Below are positions 38,110 to 50,674 of a stretch of DNA of 64,000 nt, piece by piece (within the stretch, counting starts at the first letter, position 1; each line of letters starts with the position of its first letter). Position numbers and translations under genes: made by a program. Below the pieces are notes generated by a model. That model was given only the letters and a program-made list of their open reading frames with translations. It made no database searches and had not been told where the DNA came from. Source of the DNA: Atractiella rhizophila (taxonomy: Eukaryota). The DNA is taken from contig MU271438.1 of the NCBI GenBank assembly GCA_021432655.1, forward strand, positions 1-64,000, read 5' to 3'.

Positions 38110-40369
38110 GTCACAAAACTGGCTTGTCTGGCTATGCTATCATCTGCTGCTGAGATGGAATTGAGCAACAAACCGAGGTATGGAAAACCTGATCTTTTCG
38201 GACGTGAGGATTAGGTCGCTTGTTATGCTTCGACCTTTCCCTACGTTCCTATTTGAAGTTCTCTGGAGCTTCTGAAGCCTTCTGTATGACACTTCTTTTC
38301 CACCCTGTTGCAACCTATGTACTCTTCGTCCGACCGAAACGGTCGCCCCAATACTATATACTGTGCGACTCAGTCAAAGAAGGGCACAGTGGCTAATTTC
38401 TGCCCGTTGTTGGACTACTTTGATTTTTCTACTCGTAGTACAGCAAAGCAGTGTAATCCGTCTAGAACCGTCACCTGCAAGGGTTACACGCTTCCAAATC
38501 AAGGAGGAAGTGATTCCAGCGTTAGAAAGCGGTTTACGGTTGAGCAACTGATGTTGAAACGGAGGTGAGGTGCTGTTCCCGATTCTTTCTGGTGCTTCTA
38601 CCTACGGACCTGAGACGCTAAGTATTGTGCATTTCCCCTTATTTTGGCCGAACGCTCCACTTCCCTCCACTTCTCCCATCACTCTGGGTATCGGTACCTT
38701 TGACATCGAAAGGGAATCGGTGAAGGGGTAATGTCTCCATTACACCGCTCTACAGCGTTCTCTTTTTTTTTCTTGTAAAGCTGACAGCTTGCTCTTCGAT
38801 CATTCACAAGAGTTGAGTTGTCTTGAGTGCTTGGTGGTCTGGTGTGACCAGGTGTGATCATGTTTCTTGTCTCCCGTTCCTACATCGGCGTAAAAGCTTC
38901 TTCCGACTCGTTTCCAACCACTCTGCCAAGTACTGTAATTTCAGGTTGGCGATGACGGAACGAACGGGATGATCTTCGACGTGGAGAGGCGCTCTCCTTC
39001 TTTCTCAGCTCGCCTTCCTGCGGCCTCGTTGAGAGTCGGCTTGGTTGGCGAAACGCGCTCACACCCGAAGAGTTACTGTAACCTATAACCTCTCCACTGC
39101 CTTTGATCTCCCGCTTCAACCTGCGCATTGCATGATGTCAGGTGTGTGAAGAGTGATGATCAAATTGGGTTCTCGTCATCCTGCGGTTCGGAACATGGTA
39201 ATGAGGCATTTTCCTTAACAGCGACAGCAACGAAGCAGAAGAGTCCAAAGGGCGCGAAAATGCTCTGGCTGCCGTGGCGCACGCGTCGACTCGCTCTGAA
39301 TGAATCAACTCCCGAAAATTATGGCAAGTTCTTATACCTGCGCCAGAGGTTTCTGGGCTCGCGTGAGGGCGGCGTTTCTTCCGCCTGTTTCCATCACCGT
39401 TGGAAAGTACTGTCAACCCGCCGGAAATAGGGGAGCACTCAAGTATCAATTGAGCAGCATGAAACGTTTGAGGAATGCTCTGAAGGTGCACAAAGGCTGT
39501 AGAATTAAGTGCTAAGCAGGATTTGTAGGCCTTTCCTCGGAAGTTTACTACTTCCTCCGGAAGACACCCGTGGCTGATTTTACTGTCGTCGCGAGTTATA
39601 AAAGGATTGTACCCACTTATCAACAATATTATTCCCCATCCTGCCTGTTCCTCTGATATTGGTCTGCGGCTGACTACTGCGCGCTTCGCCCGAAGGTACA
39701 AAGATTCTTACGCGCTTGAAGGGGCTGATCGTTCGTCTATTCGTCCCTCGCACTTCGTTTCCTCGCGCGCACTGTTTCCTCTTATTCTTGGGCAAATTTG
39801 ACTCGAACAAACGAGATCCCCATTCCACCGGATTTGGCCAGGATACATATATTCACGACTTCAGGCACGGAACAACGCGTTCCCACATCCTGGCACCAGA
39901 TCACCCTACTTAGCCTACTAAGAGCGGATATCCTCTTTGCGGACCTCCTTCGCACAACGGCTCAGAGCGGCCTCATCGCGTTGACTCAATTCGGCTGTCC
40001 TCTCCGAACAAGCGTCCGCAAAGGCCGACTTCGCCCCCTTTCCCTCCGTCAACTCCACCTCCTCATTGTCTTTTAACCGTTTTATCATCGAAGAATCCCA
40101 CATTGCTTCTACACTTCTATTGCGCAGGAATATAAAGTCGACTCGAATTCTGTAGGATTTGTCATCAAGATATTGCAGATCCGGTTCGGGAAGGAAGGAT
40201 TAGTCACTGCCACAGAATTAGGTGTTCCAACGGCAGTAAGTACTAAGCATGCTCCCGAAGTCGCGCGCCCAGAGGCTAAAGAAAACCTCTGTCCTCCCTT
40301 TTTCCTACAGGGCTTCCTTGTCTCGCGATATAACTCTACCTTCTCATAATTTCGAATTTCGCCCACAAA

Positions 40370-41642
40370 ATGACACTGAAGAAGCAATTTATTCCAGTGA
40401 GCATTCCTCTCGTTGTTCAAGTGGTCAAGCTTACGAAGGTGTAGGAACCATTACCACGCTTCAAAGGTACTTGATCCTATTATTCGTGGATGTGTATTCA
40501 CAGTTACTGCAGCTTGTTTTGCGTGCAAGGCCCGAAAAGTTCGGTGCGATGGTGTATGTTTCCTGTCTCCCTAGGGTAAGAGTTCGTGGTTGTTGACTTT
40601 GCTACAGGTCCATCCAGTACGCTTCCACTGTTGCCTTGGAGCTTAGCAAGCTCACAGTTGGCTGCAGATATGTGGCACTTGCGCGAAGCGTGAAAGAGGA
40701 GAGAAAGATCACTTGACGCCCTGCGAGTGGTCAGAAGAAAAAGGAGATCATCATCATTCGCCAGGAAGCACAGGGAGTAACGGCAGTGGTCGGGTGAAGA
40801 GGAAGCGTCCAAACAATTCTTCAAAGAGTATAAAGAAAGAGAACGGCGAGAGTGACGACCATTCCGATTTCCACTCGAACGCGTCCCACGACAACGACAT
40901 CTCTTCAGAACCCATCTTCGCTTTCCCAGATCCTAATATCCAAAATCAAGCGCTCCAGAATTTCGTATCGAATTACGAAGGTTATCCTCCCTTTCAGTTT
41001 CCACTTGGACATGTGTCGGAAAGCCCAACTGGGATTCCTACATCCAATTGGGTTCACAACGTCATGCCGATATCAGTTCCTGAGAATTCGAGTAGTCAAT
41101 GGGGAACATCAGCAGCTATGAGCGAAAGAATGGAGCGCATGGAATATCGCATGGGTGAGCAGATGTTTGCTGCATAAATGATGGAGAGCTGACCACCCTC
41201 GCCTGTATTAGTAAATTTGGAAAATATTCTGGCGACGCAGAACAGAACAATACATGAACTGAACAGCGTCTTACGTGCACTACAAAAGGAGAATCAACTC
41301 CGGTCCCAAAATCATCCTTCACCAACGGCTTCTTCTGACGACCATTCAACGCGTTCGAGTTCTAACGCTTCTCTCCTATCTCAACCGTCATATCCCTACA
41401 TAACCACGAGCATGGCTCCCCTCAGTGCCGCACCGATGCTGTCGACGCCGTCGCCAATACGTTCGCATCTATCTACTGCTTCCCCACAACAATTCTCCCT
41501 CATAAACGGCCAGTCAACGCTGTCAGCCAATGCGAACGGTTTAGGGTACGGGGACGCGGCTTCGCTAGAATTACTAGGGCTCATGTCAGTCAGTAATGGT
41601 CATGAGCTCCTCGATTTGTCCGGTCATCCATATCCAAATTGA
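40370..41642 (+). CDS. Zn(II)2Cys6 binuclear-cluster transcription factor, copy 1
   Basis: Spliced N-terminus MTLKKQFIP/EPLPRFK/VTAACFACKARKVRCDG/VHP/ICGTCAKRERGEKDHLTPCEW fits C-x2-C-x6-C-x5-C-x2-C-x13-C. A coiled-coil-like MERMEYRM/NLENIL and an S/P-rich tail follow. Confidence 0.85.
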
Positions 41643-41842
41643 TTCCTTTTGATTAAGTTTATCTGCCTGTCTTTCTACGCTTCATTTGTACTTTATAGTT
41701 AGACTCAAACAGTTGTATCAAAAGCCATGGGTCTTTGAATTTCTCTCACATTTCGTTTTGTATAAGTACAGAATTCTGCATTACACAGTACTCATAATTA
41801 ATCCTAACTTCGTCTCCGAGTGCAAGAATACACATGCTCACA

Positions 41843-41956
41843 TCAAGATTGCAGCCGGAAAATCTCGTCTACGTAACCTTCTAATCCCTCATCCAATTCT
41901 TTCTGAAGAATCCGACTCTCAAGCTCATAATCACCTATCAAAGCTTGTAACATGTC
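41843..41956 (-). pseudogene. Orphan duplicated 3' fragment of NUP133
   Basis: Same sequence as 43892-44005 (DMLQALIGDYELE...EIFRLQS-stop), carried by the 2049-bp duplication with no upstream exons. Confidence 0.8.
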
Positions 41957-42418
41957 ACTTAGCCTACTAAGAGCGGATATCCTCTTTGCGGACCTCCTTC
42001 GCACAACGGCTCAGAGCGGCCTCATCGCGTTGACTCAATTCGGCTGTCCTCTCCGAACAAGCGTCCGCAAAGGCCGACTTCGCCCCCTTTCCCTCCGTCA
42101 ACTCCACCTCCTCATTGTCTTTTAACCGTTTTATCATCGAAGAATCCCACATTGCTTCTACACTTCTATTGCGCAGGAATATAAAGTCGACTCGAATTCT
42201 GTAGGATTTGTCATCAAGATATTGCAGATCCGGTTCGGGAAGGAAGGATTAGTCACTGCCACAGAATTAGGTGTTCCAACGGCAGTAAGTACTAAGCATG
42301 CTCCCGAAGTCGCGCGCCCAGAGGCTAAAGAAAACCTCTGTCCTCCCTTTTTCCTACAGGGCTTCCTTGTCTCGCGATATAACTCTACCTTCTCATAATT
42401 TCGAATTTCGCCCACAAA

Positions 42419-43691
42419 ATGACACTGAAGAAGCAATTTATTCCAGTGAGCATTCCTCTCGTTGTTCAAGTGGTCAAGCTTACGAAGGTGTAGGAACCAT
42501 TACCACGCTTCAAAGGTACTTGATCCTATTATTCGTGGATGTGTATTCACAGTTACTGCAGCTTGTTTTGCGTGCAAGGCCCGAAAAGTTCGGTGCGATG
42601 GTGTATGTTTCCTGTCTCCCTAGGGTAAGAGTTCGTGGTTGTTGACTTTGCTACAGGTCCATCCAGTACGCTTCCACTGTTGCCTTGGAGCTTAGCAAGC
42701 TCACAGTTGGCTGCAGATATGTGGCACTTGCGCGAAGCGTGAAAGAGGAGAGAAAGATCACTTGACGCCCTGCGAGTGGTCAGAAGAAAAAGGAGATCAT
42801 CATCATTCGCCAGGAAGCACAGGGAGTAACGGCAGTGGTCGGGTGAAGAGGAAGCGTCCAAACAATTCTTCAAAGAGTATAAAGAAAGAGAACGGCGAGA
42901 GTGACGACCATTCCGATTTCCACTCGAACGCGTCCCACGACAACGACATCTCTTCAGAACCCATCTTCGCTTTCCCAGATCCTAATATCCAAAATCAAGC
43001 GCTCCAGAATTTCGTATCGAATTACGAAGGTTATCCTCCCTTTCAGTTTCCACTTGGACATGTGTCGGAAAGCCCAACTGGGATTCCTACATCCAATTGG
43101 GTTCACAACGTCATGCCGATATCAGTTCCTGAGAATTCGAGTAGTCAATGGGGAACATCAGCAGCTATGAGCGAAAGAATGGAGCGCATGGAATATCGCA
43201 TGGGTGAGCAGATGTTTGCTGCATAAATGATGGAGAGCTGACCACCCTCGCCTGTATTAGTAAATTTGGAAAATATTCTGGCGACGCAGAACAGAACAAT
43301 ACATGAACTGAACAGCGTCTTACGTGCACTACAAAAGGAGAATCAACTCCGGTCCCAAAATCATCCTTCACCAACGGCTTCTTCTGACGACCATTCAACG
43401 CGTTCGAGTTCTAACGCTTCTCTCCTATCTCAACCGTCATATCCCTACATAACCACGAGCATGGCTCCCCTCAGTGCCGCACCGATGCTGTCGACGCCGT
43501 CGCCAATACGTTCGCATCTATCTACTGCTTCCCCACAACAATTCTCCCTCATAAACGGCCAGTCAACGCTGTCAGCCAATGCGAACGGTTTAGGGTACGG
43601 GGACGCGGCTTCGCTAGAATTACTAGGGCTCATGTCAGTCAGTAATGGTCATGAGCTCCTCGATTTGTCCGGTCATCCATATCCAAATTGA
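42419..43691 (+). CDS. Zn(II)2Cys6 transcription factor, copy 2 (same as copy 1)
   Basis: Repeat of 40370-41642 at +2049. It may be an assembly duplicate. Confidence 0.75.
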
Positions 43692-43891
43692 TTCCTTTTG
43701 ATTAAGTTTATCTGCCTGTCTTTCTACGCTTCATTTGTACTTTATAGTTAGACTCAAACAGTTGTATCAAAAGCCATGGGTCTTTGAATTTCTCTCACAT
43801 TTCGTTTTGTATAAGTACAGAATTCTGCATTACACAGTACTCATAATTAATCCTAACTTCGTCTCCGAGTGCAAGAATACACATGCTCACA

Positions 43892-46800
43892 TCAAGATTG
43901 CAGCCGGAAAATCTCGTCTACGTAACCTTCTAATCCCTCATCCAATTCTTTCTGAAGAATCCGACTCTCAAGCTCATAATCACCTATCAAAGCTTGTAAC
44001 ATGTCCGGTGGAAGGTGGGAGAATCTAGCTTCGAGAACTTGACGCTCCGATGAAGAAGAAAAGAGACAGTCTGAGGGTGCAAGGTGGAAACGGCTGTTGA
44101 TACCTAGAATTCTCGTCATTAGGCAGGTTGGTATTCTCAAACATGCAAAAACTAACCTGCTTCCTCAAACTGTACGAGCGTTAGTGCAAGTGGTGTTGTC
44201 CTCAATACTGTTTCAATTTGATCATCCGATATCGAGCGGTTTCGCAAAGATGCCCAGCTGATAATGGAAAAGATCAGAGAATGGTTATGCAGGAGAGCAG
44301 ACTTACACATCTCCCGCGATATAGAGGCGCCGCCAGATGGTTTTGAGAGCAAAATCAGCTCTGGCAGTTGGTAAATCAGCCTGTAAAGGATTGAACAAAC
44401 TTTGTCTGACTCCATGTTTCAATGAAAGTACCTGAATTTTCTCCAGGATTCCCAGCGCATGACAAAAATCGGGATCATCGGATTCTGGGGCTTCCAGGAG
44501 AGTGAAAGCGTCAATAATGTCTTCGCCCGAAACGGCGTGATGCTGCATAATCTCGGTAATGATATGGTTGAAGAGCTATCACGACAAATCAATTTAATCA
44601 ACAGGATTACGGGCAAAAGGGATGAGCTGACAGATGGGTAAGCTTTGTAACGACTAAGCCGTGCTCCGAGTTGCTCAAGAACGGCGAGTTTGAGTTCGTC
44701 CTCGTTCGTGGCTACCTCGTCGTCTTGTTCATCAGCAACCCGTTGGATGAGGTCCCGGATGCGCTCATGCGATTCCATGACATCGAGCATTTGGTCAACT
44801 GGCAGGCTTTATCAATCAACCAAGGCATTCGCGGGGTAAAACGGACCTTGTTCGATCTCCTTGATGTGAAAGTCGGCATTCGTCAGCTCCGCAATTTTGC
44901 AAAGTTTGGCAATGCTCAGCATCAACTGCATTCAGGTCAGTCAGACATCACACTGGATAATTCGAGCTACCTTATGCTCGTCAACGTTCTTCTCCTGCTT
45001 TGCCTCACGAACCAGCTGGGAGTGAGCGTGAGCATGTCGCGAGAGTAAGACTTCATGAATCCAGGCGAGTTCTGAAGGGCAGCGTCAGGACATTTCCCCT
45101 AGATAGAGAGACATACTGGGATTGTCAGTGCTTTCGAGGAATTTCAAAAGGAGATTATGATAGACTGCTTCCTGCTCGAGCAGACGCCTAACCGTTCCTA
45201 CAACGTGGATGAACGTTGTTGCTTCGTTGTTCTTAGTATAACAACACACCTTGCTCAAGATAATACTGATAGAGCTGAAAGGCGAAATCTTCCTTGAACA
45301 ACTCAATCATACTGGCGATCTTGTCTTGCGAACCGTATTGAGGATGAGCGCAAAGCTCGACCAGGATCCTGAAGTCGCAATACCGCTGAGCGAGCTTCAT
45401 GGCATCGTCAAAAGACGATGCTCTCACTGTAGAAGTACAATCAGCAGGTGAGCATCGCTTCACTGCGCACGCACTGAGAGCCTTGAGCATCAGGGGTCGT
45501 GTCCCTAAATACCGATCCGACAGAGCCTTCGCCATGATCGGTGACTCCGCTGTTGTGAGCCTACTCTTCAAAGATCAAGCTATGTCGAGGCGAATAATTG
45601 TAAAGATACATACGTTGTGAGGAACACGAGCCTTTCCTCGCAGGAGGCGCAATAGACATTCACAAGATCCGCGAGTTGACCTTTTAGATGTGTTTGAAAG
45701 ATGCGCGGGTCAGCTCTAATCTGATCAAAAGCTAACGAATCCAGCTGTGACTCTGATAGTCCAACCCCAAATTCACGTTGATGATCGAGCAGTGCGTGTT
45801 CCGTCATCTCGAAAAGGTGTTTGACGACGTCAATTAGGGAGCCTGCTGATGTCCATGGTTCTGGAGAACATATACTGCTATCGATGCCGTACGTCGCATG
45901 GAGGAATGGACGTTGCTCCAGAACAGAATTGTACGCAGTCTACCTCGGATCAGTCAATGCTAAGTTTGGGAGAAAGGAGAGGAAGCACCAAAACGACAAA
46001 GTTCGCCTCGTGGACGGTGAGCGACTTCTCCTCCATCCCATCCGAAGTCCGCATCCTCAACACCTCTGGGATCTTCTCCAACACACTCCCAATCTCATTG
46101 ACCTGATTCCGTAAGAACGGCCGTATGGCATCCTCTTCTGCCCCGGTACTTCTCGACAGATGGATGTAAACTGCTTCATCGAAAATGGTCGTTTCCGCTT
46201 CGTTCGACCTATCCAGAAGTCAAGATATGAGCGGCGGATGCTGCAAGGCTTACATCAAGCGCTCATTCTGTTTCTCCCACAAAGCCTGCGCTGCGATGAG
46301 CTTTTCCTCATTGAAGGACAATTGTCTCCTGCATGTTTGAGAGAGCTGAAACACCATCAGTCGGAAAAAAAACCATGACTTGCAGACGGACCTTGCCCAG
46401 CAGACCGTTGGCGTTGATGTACTGGATCAGGTTGTCGAGTTTCTGTATCCGATCCGCTAGCTGAGTTCGCAAATCTATGACTTTCAACAATTTGGGAGAA
46501 GCTGCAGCATCTTTTAGTAGGAGCATTCGAAGAAACAATGAAGCGTACTATTCATCAGAACGTCTTTGCTCAACTGCCTTGCCGGGCCTTCTATCTCCTC
46601 GTCGAAATTTGACAAGACGGAGAAATCCAGAGGGTTCTACACCCACACAACTCAGCCAAATTCAGCGTCACGACCAAGAAAAGTACATACTTCAGGTCTA
46701 TCACCGTAGAACATAGCATGCTCCAATTTAGTCTTCATCTTCCCCGACCTCCGTCCAGTCCTCGCCGCCTTTTCTTCCATCTTCACACTCAACACTCCGT

Positions 46801-48590
46801 ATTCAGCTGTAACTACAGCAAGCTCATAAGCGTCATCCTTTTGGTGGAATCCAGCTGAAGACCCGAGGATCCCTCTCTGTGGCTTTTTGAGAGATATGAT
46901 CTCCTCATAATCGGCCCCTTGCGATAAAGAGACGAGGATGAGAATTGTAGGGAAGATTATACAGCCTGCTTGCCCATTGACATGCAGTTTAGGAGAAATG
47001 GTGGTTACGGAAGAAGCGTGATGAGAGAGGAGGATTAGACGGTCAATATGGATTGGTTCGTTAGAGTGTGTCGGGGTCTTGGCGAGCAGAAGACAGTAAG
47101 ACAGAAGGTTTGTTTCTCCGGGGGAAGGACGGTATTCTAAAAGAAGGACCATTTGCTTCGCGCTTCAAATAGTCACAGTAGGCATCTTCGAAAATCAATT
47201 GAAAGGTGGAAGACGCACGTAACAAAAGCAATGTCCACGACCTGCGAATTCTGCGCCTCTGCCTCTGCCAGTCCAATATTCCTCATCAAATACTCCGCCA
47301 ACGCTTTCTTGAGCACATGACCAGTTTGCATACTCTCCCTTCCGTCCTTCCCCACCACCCAGCCCTCCAAGTAGGTCTCATTGACAATCAACATCTTCCC
47401 CTCCGCCCTCCAGACAGCCACGGCCTTCACACCTCCTCTAGGGTCAGTCCCTCGTCCGAAGAAGCTCCCAAATACAGCCCCAAACATGCCGCTCGATACA
47501 CCTTTCATCTCCCTCACATGTAAATCAAACCGCTCTCCATGCGCCGCTCCAAAGGCTAGATCGAGGCGGAAGAGGCGCGAATGACTGGTATACATGACCC
47601 AGGCAAGTTCGTCGAGACGCGTGATGCCCTTGAGCACTTCGCCCTCTTGAGAACGGAAGGTGGGGATTTGAAGGATGACGGGTGGAGTAGAGGTGAGCGA
47701 ATGGGTGAGGGAGGCGTAGAAGTGTATTGTCCCTGTAGTGCTCGAAGCGAGAATTAGCGATGGAGGTGACGAACGCGAGAGCGGAATGAGTGTGACAAGC
47801 GGCAGATTTGGGTACAGTGAGGTTGTTGAAGGTGGAGCGGCGAAAACATATAGTGTTGTGCCTGCATGCTATCATCCGACAATTAGCTCTGGGTTAGAGT
47901 AGCCAGCATTTATGAGATCGGGTGTTTCGATACTGCTGTTTGTCTGGCATTACATTTCCTCATTCCCAAAGAGAAGGTCCTAGACATACGTTCTCGCTGG
48001 CAAAAATGCAGCATCTCTGAAGCAATGCTTGTAATAGCTACGAGAATCAACCAGTAAGCTCCTTCAACGGCACGTCCTTCTGCTTAAGCTCGCGTGCCAT
48101 ACCTTGCCACTCCAAACAAGAGAACAGAAGCAGGAAAACTCACCTGTGAAGTATTCCAAATCCAAACCGCCTCCATGCTTACCAAATAGGTCCATCCGTC
48201 TCTGTATCCCCCAGCAAAAGCGTCCGCATAGGGATCGCTCCTCTCCAACATCCGCTGAAGCTCCAACGGCAGTCGTGCAATCTCCCAAACCGCATAATTC
48301 TCATCCTTCACCCAAGCCGACTTCTCGTCCACATCCTTCTCCCCATCCTCCTGTCCCTGTCTAAATGAAGTTCCTGTGCTCGACCTTCGCAGCCTGTTTG
48401 AGGAGCGAGAAAACGACCTCGAGAGCGAGGGAGCGAGCGCGAGCTGTGGTGCTGCTGCTGAGACGGGTGCTGGCGCAGGAGTAGCTGATGGTGCGCGTAC
48501 TCCACGTCGTACGGTAGATGGGCGCGCGGTACGGGACTGTGATGAGCTCCACGAGCTGTTTTGAGAGGCGTTCAAAGATGGATTGAACAT
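43892..48590 (-). CDS. NUP133: Nucleoporin Nup133
   Basis: Disordered N-terminus, a beta-rich region, then KTKLEHAMFYG.RPE/NPLDF, DLRTQLADRIQKLDNLIQYINANGLLGK, EPWTS and AMKLAQRYCDFRILVELC..FAFQLYQYYLEQG, as recalled for fungal Nup133. Confidence 0.85.
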
Positions 48591-49745
48591 TTTTCGTGGT
48601 TTGTTGTTTCTGCCTTGGACTAAGAGTCATTTGAGTTGCGGATGTTTGCTAGAAGGGGTCCAGCAAGGAACAAGCAACACCACAAGGAAGGGTAGGATTC
48701 ACAGAGGTTAACGTGAGCTTGGATTGGACAGCGATTACGAGAAGTTTCAGGTATTTCAGTGAGAGTAGAAGGTGTGTGATTGCTCAAGGATTTATCATTC
48801 TCTTGCGCTGTTGCATAAGTCATCGAGACGAGAGCAACTATTGACGCGACATGTTGACAAGGACGTGAAGAACACCAAGTAATGTCTGTGAAGTGACATC
48901 TGAAGTAATTTGGTGCCTTGACTTGAACTTATCTTCCTTTCTTTCTATAGACCTGCATTTAGGGCCGACTTCATGGTTAACCAACCTCCATGCTCTCTTG
49001 TACTCTGTGATTCGACAGTTTTATGGCGTTATATGATCAGGCTGACTCAAAAGTATGAGACATTCGTATAGTTTTGTCAGCTGCTTTCGATTGCCAGCAT
49101 GATCTTTGATTGCTCGTTGACTTCAATATCACCTGAATATGTCTTCAAGTGTGTCCCCTCCAAGGCCGCAAAGAATCGTACATGATGTTCTGATTATCGA
49201 AGCCCCTCACAGCCAATTCAACGCCTTCCTACCCAAGGTGGATCGTCTCAGTCCAGGTCATGGATTATGTTCTATATTCCATCTTGAGGAGATTTGCCTG
49301 GCACAGCATACCGAATGACAGATTCGTAGACAACGAAGCTGCAATTTTGAATGACTTAACGTCCGTACCTTAGCATTGCAAGCCTCTTGATTTGCTCCAA
49401 TCTGATCCACGATACACAGCCTGTAATCGATGAACATCGTTAACTTGTGAATAAACAAGGCTTCCGAGTTCTATCTTCATGTCGATCGCTCTCAACATTG
49501 GGTCCCTCAACGGTACCCAGCCCTTACATACTTTTTGTTGGTGAACCTTGAGGCTATGAGGAGCTGGAACAGCCAAGCCCGACTTGGACAGGGGAGAAGG
49601 AATTGATACGGCCAATTTACAAAGGGACAGAGCTGGAGGATGTCCATTCCGTTCTCTTCATATTATCCGTGCCAAGAAATATTCCTCCTCATAAAAACAG
49701 GATCCCTTTTCAGCGCTTTCGTCAGACTTCCCATTTCTAGGAAAC

Positions 49746-50472
49746 ATGGGGTCGAGCTCATCTAAACTGCACTACGAACCACAACCAGCACTGTTGGGGA
49801 AAATCACACTCGACGATGATACCGACGAAGTCCTGCTTGCGACCTTTCGTTTTGAGCCATGCGAATGGACTAGCCTTCCGTTCAGCTCTACTTACAATCC
49901 CTGTGGAGTTGGGATGACGGAAGGAGTCGGGCACTTGACGACCCAACGCCTCCTCTTGTTCTGAGATGTCGAGCGCGCTCTCAGTGCTGAGACTGCTGAG
50001 CATGTGGGAGAACTTGTTGGTGCGCTTTTCATCCCTGTCCCGATAATCTTTGTTTGACGATCCATTGTGCTTCTCTTGGATTCTAGGCGCGGCAGCTGAG
50101 GCAGTCTTCAACAAAGCGGCTGAAAAAGTGGTTGAAGGGCTTAGCCATATTGGCAGTCGCTCTAGAAAGGTCATGACCGCCAATGCGAGCCATTATCCGA
50201 AAGGAATCGCGACTTGGCACATCCCCGAAGAAATGGATGATGAAGAGTTCCTCGCCCGCGACTCTTTTGGTTGTTTCTTCGTCGTTGCTTCGAAAGACCT
50301 CGGACCTGTAAATCGCCTCACGTTTAGACCCGTCTTTTGGGATAATGATTGGGGAGGGGATGACATTAAGGAGTTTGAGAAAATTTTGAGTGAGAAGTTG
50401 AAGATCAAAGCGAGAAGAATTGAGAAAGTTGTGAGAGGAAAGGATGGACTTGTTAAACAATATAAGACCTGA
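49746..50472 (+). CDS. Small orphan protein with N-myristoylation motif (MGSSSSK); in-frame TGA at 49962-49964 in the simplest model
   Basis: ATG in AAACATGG context. Intron 50020-50086 (GTGCGC..TTCTAG) joins the first reading frame to ORF 50050-50472. Confidence 0.55.
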
Positions 50473-50674
50473 TTCTTCCTTTCGCATTTCTTTATATCTG
50501 TTGTACTCCCATCTGTGCTGGCAAATTCTGATTTGTTAAAAATGCAAGCGATTTTTTTGAATTGTGTTGTGTATGTCCTTCGTGAATGATCCGACTGAAT
50601 GTGAATGTCATACAATCTTTCTGTGAAGACGGAAGCTAATATGTTCCTCTCTACAGGGCGAGACTCGCATTTGT

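Larger units (their letters stand above)
39908..44005. repeat. Tandem duplication, 2 x 2049 bp (39908-41956 and 41957-44005), apparently identical
   Basis: ORFs lying within the unit recur with identical translation at +2049. The junction ATGTC|ACTTAGCC is at 41956/41957. Confidence 0.97.

Noticed and set aside
37684..38214. 176-aa ORF containing the 111-bp repeat, considered as a repeat or pheromone precursor peptide
   Set aside because: GTG start, no signal peptide, no CAAX box, and the length is inflated by the duplication.
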